DNA of 64,000 nucleotides from NCBI GenBank assembly GCA_048941265.1, contig JBHLNT010000006.1:1-64000 (forward strand), read 5' to 3'. Below are positions 1-10,107 of this stretch, piece by piece; position 1 is the stretch's first letter; every line of letters starts with the position of its first letter. Made by a program: the position numbers and the translations under genes. The DNA comes from Promethearchaeota archaeon. Lineage in GTDB: Archaea > Asgardarchaeota > Lokiarchaeia > Sigyniarchaeales > SOKP01. Below the pieces are notes generated by a model. It did not search any database and was not told the DNA's origin. It saw only the letters and a program-made list of their open reading frames with translations.

Positions 1-92
1 TTGAAATATTACAATTATAATTAAAGTAAGAATAAAAGAACTTATTTAAGTGCTTTAAAAAGACTCTTAAATATAAGGAACTTAATGAAAAG

Positions 93-1046
93 ATGCTTTA
101 TACAATCTTTCTCTATCAGAGTAAAAGTGGATTATTATTGTATACTAAAAATTTTCAAGAAATTAGCTCTGGCAAAATGGACCTTTTTTCCTCATTTTTT
201 TCTGCTTTAAAAGCATTTATTGAAGAAATGATTTTAGATGGATCAAAAGAATTGAAAAATATAGAATTAGGGGAATATACAGTTTTAATCACTTCTATAA
301 ATGAAATTGAGGCAGAATTAGTTATTATTGGTGATAGAGATGATGATAAAGTAATTAATAAGCTAATTCCAAGAATAATTAAAGTACTTATAAAACATTC
401 AAATGTTTTTCTTGATTGGAAAGGAAATAGGAGTGATTTTGAAATATTAGATCAACCTATTTCAGATCTAATATTAAGTCAAAAAAAATTACTTGGAGAT
501 AAATCATTATTAGACCGTCAAGAGCATATCTTAAAATCAATTTGGGAATATAAAAAAGATCTTTCTCCCAAGGAAATTGAAGATTTAAATCATGAAAAAG
601 AAATTTTAATGGAAAGGTTGGAAAATTCAAATTCTCTTCCCAAAAAACTCGAATTGACTGAAAATCTTTTAAAGATTTCTGAAAAACTAAAAAGCGACCA
701 AGATTTTATAATACATCAAGAAGAAATTAAGGAAATTAGAGATCAGATTAGAGATTCAAAGTTAAAATTAAGTTATTTTTTAGAAAAGATTAAAATTACT
801 ATAAATCAAGCTATAAATCAGTTAGGAACTAAAGCACTTTATCTAGGTGATTATAAAGATGTGTATTTAAATTTATATTCATTTAGCAATAAGCTGAAAA
901 ATATGACTGATTCTAATTCATGGGTACAATATAGAGATTTAGCTCAAAAACTTATTAATAAAGATGAGAATGATTCAGGAGAATTGTCTCAAGCTATTTC
1001 TAAAATTCTCAAAATGAGTGATAATATCGAAGATTATTTTGATTAA
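93..1046 (+). CDS. Protein with N-terminal longin-like domain and helical C-terminal region
   Basis: N-terminus 'IFLYQSKSGLLLY...DLFSSFFSALKAF..E...LKNIELGEYTVLI' matches the Asgard longin-domain pattern. Confidence 0.6.
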   Translation: MLYTIFLYQSKSGLLLYTKNFQEISSGKMDLFSSFFSALKAFIEEMILDGSKELKNIELGEYTVLITSINEIEAELVIIGDRDDDKVINKLIPRIIKVLIKHSNVFLDWKGNRSDFEILDQPISDLILSQKKLLGDKSLLDRQEHILKSIWEYKKDLSPKEIEDLNHEKEILMERLENSNSLPKKLELTENLLKISEKLKSDQDFIIHQEEIKEIRDQIRDSKLKLSYFLEKIKITINQAINQLGTKALYLGDYKDVYLNLYSFSNKLKNMTDSNSWVQYRDLAQKLINKDENDSGELSQAISKILKMSDNIEDYFD

Positions 1047-1103
1047 GACACATATTTTATATATTTCAATTTTAAATAGCCTATAGAAAAAATCATACTC
1101 TAG

Positions 1104-2297
1104 CTATTTCGTATGAATCTCAATTATGTCATTATCCTTCATTTCATAATCTATCCCAACTTTTTTACGTTTTTGACGAGCATCTTTCCGTATAATAGTA
1201 GCATATTCAAAATCTTCCAAGAAACTTTTATGAATTTTTAGAGCTACATCTTTTACTTTAGAACCATTACTTACTAAGAGTGGTTTATCAGATACAGTGC
1301 CAGATTGAGAGGTATATATCTTTATCTTTTCTAAAAATTTTAACACAATATCTCCAAAGTCATTTGGAAAATTCTTTTTTTTAGTGCTTGTACCAATTAT
1401 TATTGAAAACTTATCAGAATATGACTTTTTTAGAATTTTAAAATTGGCTTCTGTATGAGGAAGATCTCCTTTAGTGGCTAAGATTAATGCCTTCTTATAA
1501 ACAATAGCAGGCATTAAGGCATCCACGACTTGGTCAAGAGTGATTAGTCCGAAAATCTTTACAATCGCATTTCTTATGCCATTTTCATGTACAATTTCCT
1601 TTATTTTTTCTGTGAAATTTTCTAAATCTGGATTGTCTTTAGCTTCTTTGGTTAAATAAAAGACTTGAATCTTGTTAGAACCAGTTTTTTCTATAGTAAT
1701 AAGAGGAGGAGGAATATTAAATCTAATCTCTGAATTATAAAGCTCAGATAGCAAAAATTCCATTTGTCCTTCAATATTTCTAGATAGATCTATACAAATA
1801 CATATTAAATCACATGATCTAATTTGTGAAAGGATTTCTTTTCCATTTCCTACTCCTGCAGATGCTCCTTCCATTAGAGAGGGCATATCTACAATTTGAA
1901 ACCGAATTTCATTATAGTTATATATACCAATCTCAGGAATTGCCGTGAATTTGCCAATTTGATCTTTTGCTGCTCCTGTTAAAAAATTTAAAAGAGAAGT
2001 CTTACCAACACCTGGAGTGTGATAATCGCTAATTAAAATTAACTGAATTCCCTCTTTCTTTATTGAAAACGGACTTACAATCTTTCCAGTACTTTTTAGT
2101 CGTTGTTTATGTTCTTCTTGTTGGCGTCTTAATTTTGCAAGCCTTGACTTGTTTAAAGCAACAATTTTTTCGGTAGCCTTATGCTTAGGAACTAAAGATA
2201 TGAATTCTTCCAATCTTTTAATTTTTTCATCTAAAGAAGAAGCATCTAAATAGCGTTGATAGGCTGCTTTTGCCTCAGGACCAATATTGGAGCTCAA
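1104..2297 (-). CDS. DRG/OBG-family GTPase with C-terminal TGS domain
   Basis: PKHKATE N-terminal motif, GVGKTS P-loop, 'QIVDMPSLMEGASAGVGNGKEIL', TKGD G4, TGS-like C-terminus. Confidence 0.85.
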   Translation of the reverse strand: MSSNIGPEAKAAYQRYLDASSLDEKIKRLEEFISLVPKHKATEKIVALNKSRLAKLRRQQEEHKQRLKSTGKIVSPFSIKKEGIQLILISDYHTPGVGKTSLLNFLTGAAKDQIGKFTAIPEIGIYNYNEIRFQIVDMPSLMEGASAGVGNGKEILSQIRSCDLICICIDLSRNIEGQMEFLLSELYNSEIRFNIPPPLITIEKTGSNKIQVFYLTKEAKDNPDLENFTEKIKEIVHENGIRNAIVKIFGLITLDQVVDALMPAIVYKKALILATKGDLPHTEANFKILKKSYSDKFSIIIGTSTKKKNFPNDFGDIVLKFLEKIKIYTSQSGTVSDKPLLVSNGSKVKDVALKIHKSFLEDFEYATIIRKDARQKRKKVGIDYEMKDNDIIEIHTK

Positions 2298-2314
2298 ATC
2301 TTATCACGTTGACT

Positions 2315-2767
2315 TTAGAATAAGCTCTTAAATCTATCTTCAGTTTTTAATCTTAAATCTCCGAGAGTATTATCTATTCTAACATAAAATTTTTTAAAGA
2401 ATTTACCTTTTTTTGAAAAAATATCATTAATAGAATATCTATTTAAGAAGTTTTGAAGTATTTCGTATAAAAGTTTCTTTACAACATCAGAATCAGTTTC
2501 TTTTTCTATAATTGCATAAGCTAGTAAGGGTTGTACATTTTTTTCATCACCGCCTGGAAGCGCAATCATTTCGCAATTGCATACAAGTTTAAGAGATGCC
2601 AACGAAACTACATTTATATCATCTCCAAATACTTCGCTGGTGAAACTTTCTAAAGCTGAGAGGAACCCTGCTCTTAAATCAGGTTCTAAAACATCTGAAG
2701 ATGAATAATATTTAGTTTCTATTAAACTACGGTTCCCAAGATTAATACCACATTCAAGTATGGCCAT
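2315..2767 (-). CDS. Small longin-like domain protein
   Basis: 'DLRAGFLSALESFTSEVFGDDINVVSL' longin-like helix/strand pattern. Confidence 0.55.
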   Translation of the reverse strand: MAILECGINLGNRSLIETKYYSSSDVLEPDLRAGFLSALESFTSEVFGDDINVVSLASLKLVCNCEMIALPGGDEKNVQPLLAYAIIEKETDSDVVKKLLYEILQNFLNRYSINDIFSKKGKFFKKFYVRIDNTLGDLRLKTEDRFKSLF

Positions 2768-2854
2768 TTCGGCGTCTCTATTATTAAATTTTTTGTAATT
2801 TCTTTGTTATTTATATGAATTATTTGATTATTTAATTTTTGTTTTTTTTTTAAA

Positions 2855-3724
2855 TCAGTCTATATTCATTTGCTTCTTATATGCTGTAAAAGTATTTTGC
2901 AATAAATAACTAACGGTCATTGGCCCAACACCACCTGGCACTGGAGTTATTTTACTGCACTTATTTATCACTCCATCAAAATCTACATCACCACATAATT
3001 TACTTTCAAATCGATTTATTCCGACATCAATGATAATTACACCACTTTTTATTTTTTCTTCTGTTATGAAGTTTGGTTGTCCAACAGCTACAATCAATAT
3101 GTCTGCGTTCTTGGTATAGCTTTTTAGATCTCTAGTTGAAGTATGGCATACTGAGACCGTAGCATTCCTCTTTAATAACATAAAGATTAAAGGCTTTCCA
3201 ACTAAGTTAGAGCGATTAATGATAGTTACATCTTTTCCCTTAATCTCTATTTTATTATATTCTAATAATTTAATAATACCTTTAGGAGTACATGCCGCCA
3301 TAGTTTCGTTATAATCAAATAGCTTACCTCTATTGCAAGGATGAGACCCATCAACATCCTTTTTTGGTGATATATATTCTAAAAAGTCAAGAGTAGATTC
3401 TCTTAGATGAGAGGGTAATGGCAATTGCAATAAAATTCCATGGATAGAATCATCAGTATTTAATTCTTTTAAACTTTTTATTAATTCATTTTTTGAAATA
3501 CCCTCAGATAAATTAACTATTACGGATTCTATTCCAACTTGTGTAGATGTTTTGTGTTTTATATTTACATATATTTTCGATGCAGGATTTTCTCCAACTA
3601 ATACGGTGGCTAATTTTGGTTTAATTCCCAATTTTTTTACAGATTCACTAATTCTTGATTTTAATTCTAAATTTAAGATATCAGCTAACTTTCTTCCATC
3701 AAGAATTTTATCCGTATTGAGCAT
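2855..3724 (-). CDS. folD: Bifunctional methylenetetrahydrofolate dehydrogenase/cyclohydrolase
   Basis: ILDG, S..Y...K, GILLQLPLP, KDVDG, CTPKG, NRSNLVGKP, TPVPGGVGPMT motifs. Confidence 0.95.
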   Translation of the reverse strand: MLNTDKILDGRKLADILNLELKSRISESVKKLGIKPKLATVLVGENPASKIYVNIKHKTSTQVGIESVIVNLSEGISKNELIKSLKELNTDDSIHGILLQLPLPSHLRESTLDFLEYISPKKDVDGSHPCNRGKLFDYNETMAACTPKGIIKLLEYNKIEIKGKDVTIINRSNLVGKPLIFMLLKRNATVSVCHTSTRDLKSYTKNADILIVAVGQPNFITEEKIKSGVIIIDVGINRFESKLCGDVDFDGVINKCSKITPVPGGVGPMTVSYLLQNTFTAYKKQMNID

Positions 3725-3802
3725 TTCAGATCGCTTAGATTTTTAAATTATCATAGAATAAATTCGAAAATTCGCAAAATATATCTTAATAATAGAAAAA
3801 AT

Positions 3803-4963
3803 TTAGATCCTTCTTTTTCTCCGAATAATTATAATCGCCACTGCAATCACACCAATACCAATTAGGATTCCTACTAAAATCCACCAATTAAACTCTACCA
3901 TAAAGACTTCTTGGTTTAAGGTTGCTTCTGCATCAGGATCAATTAAATTTATGAGTTCAAGAGCGTAATATGAATTTACAACTGAAGAATATTTCTGTTC
4001 AGACTTATCATCAATATCTTTAAATCCTCCATCTTTGAAATTTTGACGATTTAAAATCCATGTGAGAGTATCTTCTTCATGTTCTAATTCGCGATCATCA
4101 ATTAGGGAAATTCCCATTATACAATAATATGTGCTACTAATCATTGTGTTTTCAGCGTCTTTATCAGGATAATATCCTCCATAATTATCCACATCATTTT
4201 CATCGTCTTCTAAAAATGACTGAAGATAATTAATTGTAAAAGCTTTATTAAGAAGTTCATCGACATCTTCAATCTCATCCATACTGAATATCGCATAATA
4301 GGTATTAAGAATAGTTGAAGATAAGCCAATGTTACCCCCATAGCCTCCATCACTATTTTGACACGATCTAATCCAAGATTTTGTAATTGATTTATTTGCA
4401 TAACTTTTATCTAGCAAATCATATATCTTTAAGGCAAAATATGTTGACGCCATTGTGGCGGTAGTCGATGATTTTGAAGCAGAATAGCCACCATCTTTCT
4501 GTAGCAGCGAATCTACAAATGTTTTAATATTATCCCTAACTGATGAGCCAACTTCATAATCTTTATTGGTATCCTCCAAAAGATACAGGGATCTTAAGAG
4601 GAAATAAAGTTTATAAATATCTGGATCTCCGCTATTTACTTCAGACTCCGCGTTGCTTTCCAATTCCTCTGGCAGGTGGGTTGTATTGACTTCATGCTCC
4701 ACAGTTCCAAATAGATCTTTTTTTTGCAATAAATTAAATTCCTTTAAAATCTCAAGGGCATATGCAGTAGCCTCTTTTGATACAATATGATTATCACTTT
4801 CTACTGAATTAGCAAATCCTTTATCTTTAATTTCGCATTCATAGAGAAAATCAGTGATATAAGTTTTACGTGGTTTAGCTAATACTGAAGGGATAAGTGA
4901 AAGTGTGATAATAATGATTAAAGTGAAAATTAGTATAATTCGAATTTTCGAAGTTTTCATCAA
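3803..4963 (-). CDS. Membrane-anchored prenyltransferase/squalene-cyclase repeat (QW-motif) protein
   Basis: Signal peptide, repeats LQKDGGY / CQNSDGGYG / RQNFKDGGF each followed by 'STYFAL'-type helices, C-terminal TM helix and RRKRRI tail. Confidence 0.75.
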   Translation of the reverse strand: MMKTSKIRIILIFTLIIIITLSLIPSVLAKPRKTYITDFLYECEIKDKGFANSVESDNHIVSKEATAYALEILKEFNLLQKKDLFGTVEHEVNTTHLPEELESNAESEVNSGDPDIYKLYFLLRSLYLLEDTNKDYEVGSSVRDNIKTFVDSLLQKDGGYSASKSSTTATMASTYFALKIYDLLDKSYANKSITKSWIRSCQNSDGGYGGNIGLSSTILNTYYAIFSMDEIEDVDELLNKAFTINYLQSFLEDDENDVDNYGGYYPDKDAENTMISSTYYCIMGISLIDDRELEHEEDTLTWILNRQNFKDGGFKDIDDKSEQKYSSVVNSYYALELINLIDPDAEATLNQEVFMVEFNWWILVGILIGIGVIAVAIIIIRRKRRI

Positions 4964-5116
4964 AATTATCCTAGAGCTAATTATAATTATTTTTTTAAAT
5001 TCAACTTAAAATTAAAAATTATCGATAGTATTAAAATTTCAAGGCAGAAAATTTTAATTTTTAATCTATTTATAAAGATTTGAGAAAAACTATCTATTTA
5101 GGCAATATATACAATA

Positions 5117-5629
5117 ATGAGATCATTAAAAGTAAAAAAAGTGATACTAAAGAATCCGCATCTACGCGACATAAGAAAAGACCTTAGAGCTGTGCTAAGG
5201 TTAGCTATTCAAGATAATATTCACAGATTAAATACGCTTGAAGATCTATATAGACGCAAGCGTTTTGAAAAATCGCTAACTCCTTCCCAGTGGAGACGAG
5301 AAAAGCAAATCTCGAAATTAAAAGACATACTCATGAGTCTAGAGCGTTGATCTTGTATTACCTGCCACGAATCATATTGTATTTCCCACCAGAAGCTTTT
5401 CGGAAACCTGAGATTCAGAATTGATAAAAGGACTACAGATCTTGATATGGTATGGATACCTTGTTATGAAAGATGGGTTTGTCTCGATTTTTATAATTAT
5501 TACTATAAAGATATGATACTGGATGATTTTATTGCCTCAAAAGGGGAATCTCTCGTAATTCATGATAAAAGTGGGATGATTGAGCAAGGACTCAGACTAA
5601 AATATAAGGATTCTTTTATTCAGAAATAA
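5117..5629 (+). pseudogene. Cys-rich hypothetical protein interrupted by an in-frame TGA (5348-5350)
   Basis: ORFs 5117..5350 and 5447..5629 share a frame with no other stop between them (ER*SCITCHESYC...DMVWIPCYERWVCLDFY). Confidence 0.5.
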
Positions 5630-5653
5630 ATTTTGAGAATTTGTTTCAGATTT

Positions 5654-7183
5654 TTAAATTTCGAAAATACTAGATATGTCCTGATAAAGGAGGTCTGGGT
5701 TGACCTGAAATTCTTCATAAGTAATAAATAAATTTTGAAAACTTGGCAAACTACCAAGGATCGAGGCCCCATTGAAAATGGCGAATTGAAGATTATCTGG
5801 AATATAAAATTCAATAAGTTCACTTGAGGAATCAAGGTCCATAAATTCTTTTGCAGTTGAAGTTTTTTCAATAATATCATCCATATCCGTAGTAATCGCT
5901 GATTCTTTAACTTTTCTTCCACAATATGGACAAAATACAGACGTCTCATCCATTATTTTTTTCAGGCAATGAGGACATAAAGTATCAGATCTCTTTTTTT
6001 CTATTTTCTTTCCTAAATCCAGAGGTATGTGAGGTAAACTCATTTCAGCACCACATTCGGGACAATTTCTTTTGCCATCAGCTAAATTTACTAATGCCCC
6101 ACATTGAGGACATGTATCTATAGATTTCATCATTCCTTCTAAAGCTTTAAGTGATTCAGATTCAGATCCCTTTTTTAGCTTTTTTTTTTGAGGTTTAGGA
6201 ATAGCGCCTAATTGAGATAATAAAGCATTTAATTCTTGCTTTAATCTTTCATCAAATCCACTGTATGAAAGATTCCCACCTGAAATAACAATATGATTTA
6301 ATAAATCGTACCAATATTCATTGCTTAACATTTGTAAACAATAAATAATTGATTGTGGAATGCTCATGATATTATAACCAAGCATAGATGGCTGAAACAT
6401 AACTTCTGGAGCTTCATAGAGAATATGATTAGGAATTTCTTTCACAGATCCATCAGGCATAGGATATGTAAAAGTATCAATTGACTTAGGCGGATTTGTT
6501 GGATCCAAAACAAAATAACAGTTTTTTTCTTTTATTTCTTTTATTATTTCTTCAGCAGCAGAGGATTCTATATTTATTCCTTCTCTCATTAAGAGAGATT
6601 TTAAATTATGATTAACATCTACCCCTGCTAGATTTAACTTTTGAACCGCTTGATGATGAATTTGACCATTTATTATTGGAACAATCCAAGAGATCCCGTC
6701 ACCACTTTCAATTACTAAACTAGTGGTAAGACCAACAGAAAAACTTGAAAGTAAGGGAGATTGCATCATTAATAATGACTTTACCCTATGGGTTTCAAAT
6801 AATACTCTTGCTATATATTCTTTAGTCTCTCTTGGAACAAATGGGTGTTCAACATATATAACTGGATAGGATGATAGATTTTCTATTCTTAATAAAGTAT
6901 AGAAGATATGATTTAAGATTTCATAATAATCATTCCAATCCATTATCATCCCCCTTTGTATGGGATAATTAACTTTAAGAACTCCTCGCATCTTCATCGC
7001 ATCGTTACCAACATACACTGATCGAGCTCCTACATCAACCATAACGGACTTATATTTTTCAGTACCGGTTATGCATGGAAATACAAAACGCGGGGACGGT
7101 TCACCAGCAAAACCAACTTTGATATAAGCACTTCCGATATCAATTATTATTGGTGTTCCTGGAAGCGGTATTGCATACATCAT
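5654..7183 (-). CDS. Actin-family protein (actin-related) with double zinc-ribbon insertion
   Basis: IIIDIGSAYIKVGFAGEPSPRFVFP, YPIQRG, VIESGDG, EAPEVMFQP, IVISGG, GASILGSLPSFQ; insertion with CPQCG, CPECG, CPHC, CPYCG. Confidence 0.9.
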   Translation of the reverse strand: MMYAIPLPGTPIIIDIGSAYIKVGFAGEPSPRFVFPCITGTEKYKSVMVDVGARSVYVGNDAMKMRGVLKVNYPIQRGMIMDWNDYYEILNHIFYTLLRIENLSSYPVIYVEHPFVPRETKEYIARVLFETHRVKSLLMMQSPLLSSFSVGLTTSLVIESGDGISWIVPIINGQIHHQAVQKLNLAGVDVNHNLKSLLMREGINIESSAAEEIIKEIKEKNCYFVLDPTNPPKSIDTFTYPMPDGSVKEIPNHILYEAPEVMFQPSMLGYNIMSIPQSIIYCLQMLSNEYWYDLLNHIVISGGNLSYSGFDERLKQELNALLSQLGAIPKPQKKKLKKGSESESLKALEGMMKSIDTCPQCGALVNLADGKRNCPECGAEMSLPHIPLDLGKKIEKKRSDTLCPHCLKKIMDETSVFCPYCGRKVKESAITTDMDDIIEKTSTAKEFMDLDSSSELIEFYIPDNLQFAIFNGASILGSLPSFQNLFITYEEFQVNPDLLYQDISSIFEI

Positions 7184-7301
7184 CGATTCTTTCTTTTATA
7201 GTTTTGTTCTTAATTATCAAAAATAATATGGTTTTTTTTAATTTTATTTATTTTTTTATTCTTTTCTTTATTAATTAAAATTTATTAATTAAAATTTATA
7301 C

Positions 7302-7724
7302 TTACTTTAAATATTCAAGGAGTTTTTTTAAAATTATTTTTTCCAAAACTAAACCAATTAATTCGTTACTAGTATCTTTAACTACAGGTAATCGTTCTAT
7401 ATTATTTTCGAACATAATTTCTAAAGCTTTTTTTATCGTATCATTTTGCTTCACTACAAATGGTTCTGGCGTCATTAAATTTTTAACTATAGTTTTTGAT
7501 GACTCTAAACTTATGGCAAATCTAGCCAATCTTATATCTCTTTGTGTGATAATTCCGATAACTTTCATATTATTATCGACGACAGGAAGCCCATTAATAT
7601 TCTTTCTTAACATTAATAATTCCGTCTTTGAAATCTTTTCATCGAGGGTTGTATAAAGGGGGTTTTTGATCATTATTTCAGATACTTTTAAATCTCCGAA
7701 GGTTTTTAAACGGTCTTCTCCCAT
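7302..7724 (-). CDS. CBS domain pair protein
   Basis: VSEIM...LPVVD...GIIT..DI and VKNLMT...LPVV repeats. Confidence 0.9.
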   Translation of the reverse strand: MGEDRLKTFGDLKVSEIMIKNPLYTTLDEKISKTELLMLRKNINGLPVVDNNMKVIGIITQRDIRLARFAISLESSKTIVKNLMTPEPFVVKQNDTIKKALEIMFENNIERLPVVKDTSNELIGLVLEKIILKKLLEYLK

Positions 7725-7816
7725 GTTGACACATCTAATACAATTTTATGTGACGTTAAATATCTAAATGATAATGATTAAAGAAAATAATCAATATTAG
7801 AATTAAAATCTAGTTA

Positions 7817-8197
7817 TCAATTCATTTTTAAGCTATCTTTGAGTTTTCTCTCGATTTTACCGACTTCTAATAGCAATTCAGTATATGCTTTTAGAAGATA
7901 TTTCCCAAATTCATTAAGTCGAACCCATCCTCCTCCTCCACGACCACCTTTACCCGTTTCAACTGGAGAAATACCCGTTCGTTTTTCAATCCTTTTTAAA
8001 ATGTTCCAAGCATATTTATAAGAATAATTACACTCTTTCGCAGCTTGTGTGAGAGAACCACTCTCATGTTCATCAATACTTTTTAATAAATTTGCCCACC
8101 CAGAACCTAAAATACTCTTATTCTCGAATTCCAACCAAATTTTTATACCAAAACCCATTTTTTTTTTAAATTTTTCAAGATCGGGTTCTCCTTCCAT
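7817..8197 (-). CDS. ModE-type winged-HTH transcriptional regulator
   Basis: GSLTQAAKECNYSYKYAW...GGRGGGG..LNEFG signature of the ModE N-terminal domain. Confidence 0.85.
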   Translation of the reverse strand: MEGEPDLEKFKKKMGFGIKIWLEFENKSILGSGWANLLKSIDEHESGSLTQAAKECNYSYKYAWNILKRIEKRTGISPVETGKGGRGGGGWVRLNEFGKYLLKAYTELLLEVGKIERKLKDSLKMN

Positions 8198-8295
8198 AAA
8201 TAAAGATTGTTTTTGGAATATATTAACTTTTATAAAGATAAAACATTAAAATAAAGCAAATTTTATCTCTTTAAATAAAAAAAGGAAAAATAGGC

Positions 8296-9045
8296 ATGTT
8301 CTTATCGGGAGGAAGTTCAGCAAAAAAGGGTAAAGAGGTTATTAAAAACGTCTATTACTTCTCTGAAGATGCTATGCTGGATTGTAATCAATATTGCATT
8401 CTAGATCAAGAATCTGGTGAAATTACTCTTTTTGATGCTGGTAATGGAGTATCCTTAAAAGCTCTTTTAGCTGGCATGAAAAATTTGGGCTTAGAATTTG
8501 AAAACATAACTAAAGTATTTCTTACCCATGAGCATGTGGATCATGTTTTGGGACTCTATCCTTTAATGAAGTTAATGAATAAAGATCCCCCTCAAATATT
8601 TGCTTATGGAAAGACAGCAGAAATCTTAAACAATGGAGAAGAATCAAAAATTTTTCCTACAGCATTAGGCATCACCCCCAAAATGTTTGGACTTGAAATT
8701 ATCCCTCTTAAAGTATTTGATTTAAAACAACAGTCAGAAATTAAAATTAATACTGAATTTATATTTCAAATACATTATACTCCCGGTCATTCATTAGGGT
8801 CTGTTAGTTATTATGAACCATCAAAAAAAATATTAATACCTGGAGATTTAGTCTTTTGTGGCGGCTCATTTGGACGTTATGATTTTCCAGGGGGCTCATT
8901 AACTACTCTCCAAAATTCAATCAAATATGTTAATAATTTAGATGTTAAATATCTTTTACCCGGTCACATGGGAATTAGTGAAAGTGGAAATCAGCAAATT
9001 GAATTTTCCTGCAGAATGGTTATGTCAATTAGAGATTTTTTTTAA
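8296..9045 (+). CDS. MBL-fold metallo-hydrolase (glyoxalase II-like)
   Basis: THEHVDH, TPGHS, GD, PGH motifs. Confidence 0.9.
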   Translation: MFLSGGSSAKKGKEVIKNVYYFSEDAMLDCNQYCILDQESGEITLFDAGNGVSLKALLAGMKNLGLEFENITKVFLTHEHVDHVLGLYPLMKLMNKDPPQIFAYGKTAEILNNGEESKIFPTALGITPKMFGLEIIPLKVFDLKQQSEIKINTEFIFQIHYTPGHSLGSVSYYEPSKKILIPGDLVFCGGSFGRYDFPGGSLTTLQNSIKYVNNLDVKYLLPGHMGISESGNQQIEFSCRMVMSIRDFF

Positions 9046-9259
9046 TTTTCTTAATATTAAAATTTTTTAAAATTATTAGAACTTAGTATATATGTGTTAA
9101 AAGTCTATTTTGCTTTATTTTTAGACCTTATTTTTAATATTTTTACGCTTTATATTTTCAAGCGTTTAATTTTTAAAAGCATTATTAATTTATATATGAA
9201 AGCACAATATGATATTTTAACTAAGTTAATGATTTATCTAAAAATCAAAATTAAAAGTC

Positions 9260-9937
9260 GTGATTTTAATGGCAGATGAAAAAAAGAAAACCCAGCCAGT
9301 GAAAATGGTTATTTTGAGAAGTTACCCTAAGGTGATATTCTTTTATCCCTTATTCTTTACTTCTTTGATATTATGGCCAATTCAATTCGTATTAAATACT
9401 CCTGCTCAATGGCTGGGAGCATTCTGGATGATAATTTTTTTTTGCAATTTGTTCGTAATCGCATTTGACTTTTCCTCTTCTAAATTTTTCATATTAATCT
9501 TGGCTATCGTAATTTTTATACTTCTAGGAATATTCTTTATTTATCCTATATTTCCATGGCCCAGTATTTCTGAAATTGAATTCAACCTCGGAATTACGTA
9601 TCAGTTTTACATGACGATGACAATTATCTTAGGTATCGTTTTATTTTTTGTTATATTGAATACTTATTTTGATTATTGGAAAGTGGAAAGAAACGAAATT
9701 TATCATAAGAAGGGTATATTTAGTGCCGCTGACAGATATCCGGTAACAAACTTAAGGATTAAAAAATCAATACCTGACGTATTTGAATTTTTCATCTTGA
9801 GAGCTGGAACAATTGTGTTAATGCCTGGAAGATCTGATGAATTAATTGTATTACACACTGTTCTAAATATAAATAAGAAATCAGAACAAATTGATTATCT
9901 ACTTAGCGAGATATCTGTGGAGGATGCAGAAAAATAA
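9260..9937 (+). CDS. Hypothetical membrane protein (about 4 TM helices, soluble C-terminal domain)
   Basis: Hydrophobic segments followed by a beta-rich C-terminal region. Confidence 0.6.
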   Translation: MILMADEKKKTQPVKMVILRSYPKVIFFYPLFFTSLILWPIQFVLNTPAQWLGAFWMIIFFCNLFVIAFDFSSSKFFILILAIVIFILLGIFFIYPIFPWPSISEIEFNLGITYQFYMTMTIILGIVLFFVILNTYFDYWKVERNEIYHKKGIFSAADRYPVTNLRIKKSIPDVFEFFILRAGTIVLMPGRSDELIVLHTVLNINKKSEQIDYLLSEISVEDAEK

Positions 9938-10107
9938 AATTCAAGTCTAATTTATTTTTTTCTCTTTTATTATTATTTACAACAAAGTGTTAATAATCTT
10001 GGCATTTGCTCAACTTTTAATATTAGATAATCTAATTATATTCTTTTTTATATTTCAATTAAAATCGTTAGATTTAAGTGTAAAATCATATTTTATAAAT
10101 ACATTTT

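Noticed and set aside
7268-7300. Short tandem repeat ttaattaaaattta x2
   Set aside because: Low-complexity AT-rich intergenic DNA; expected by chance
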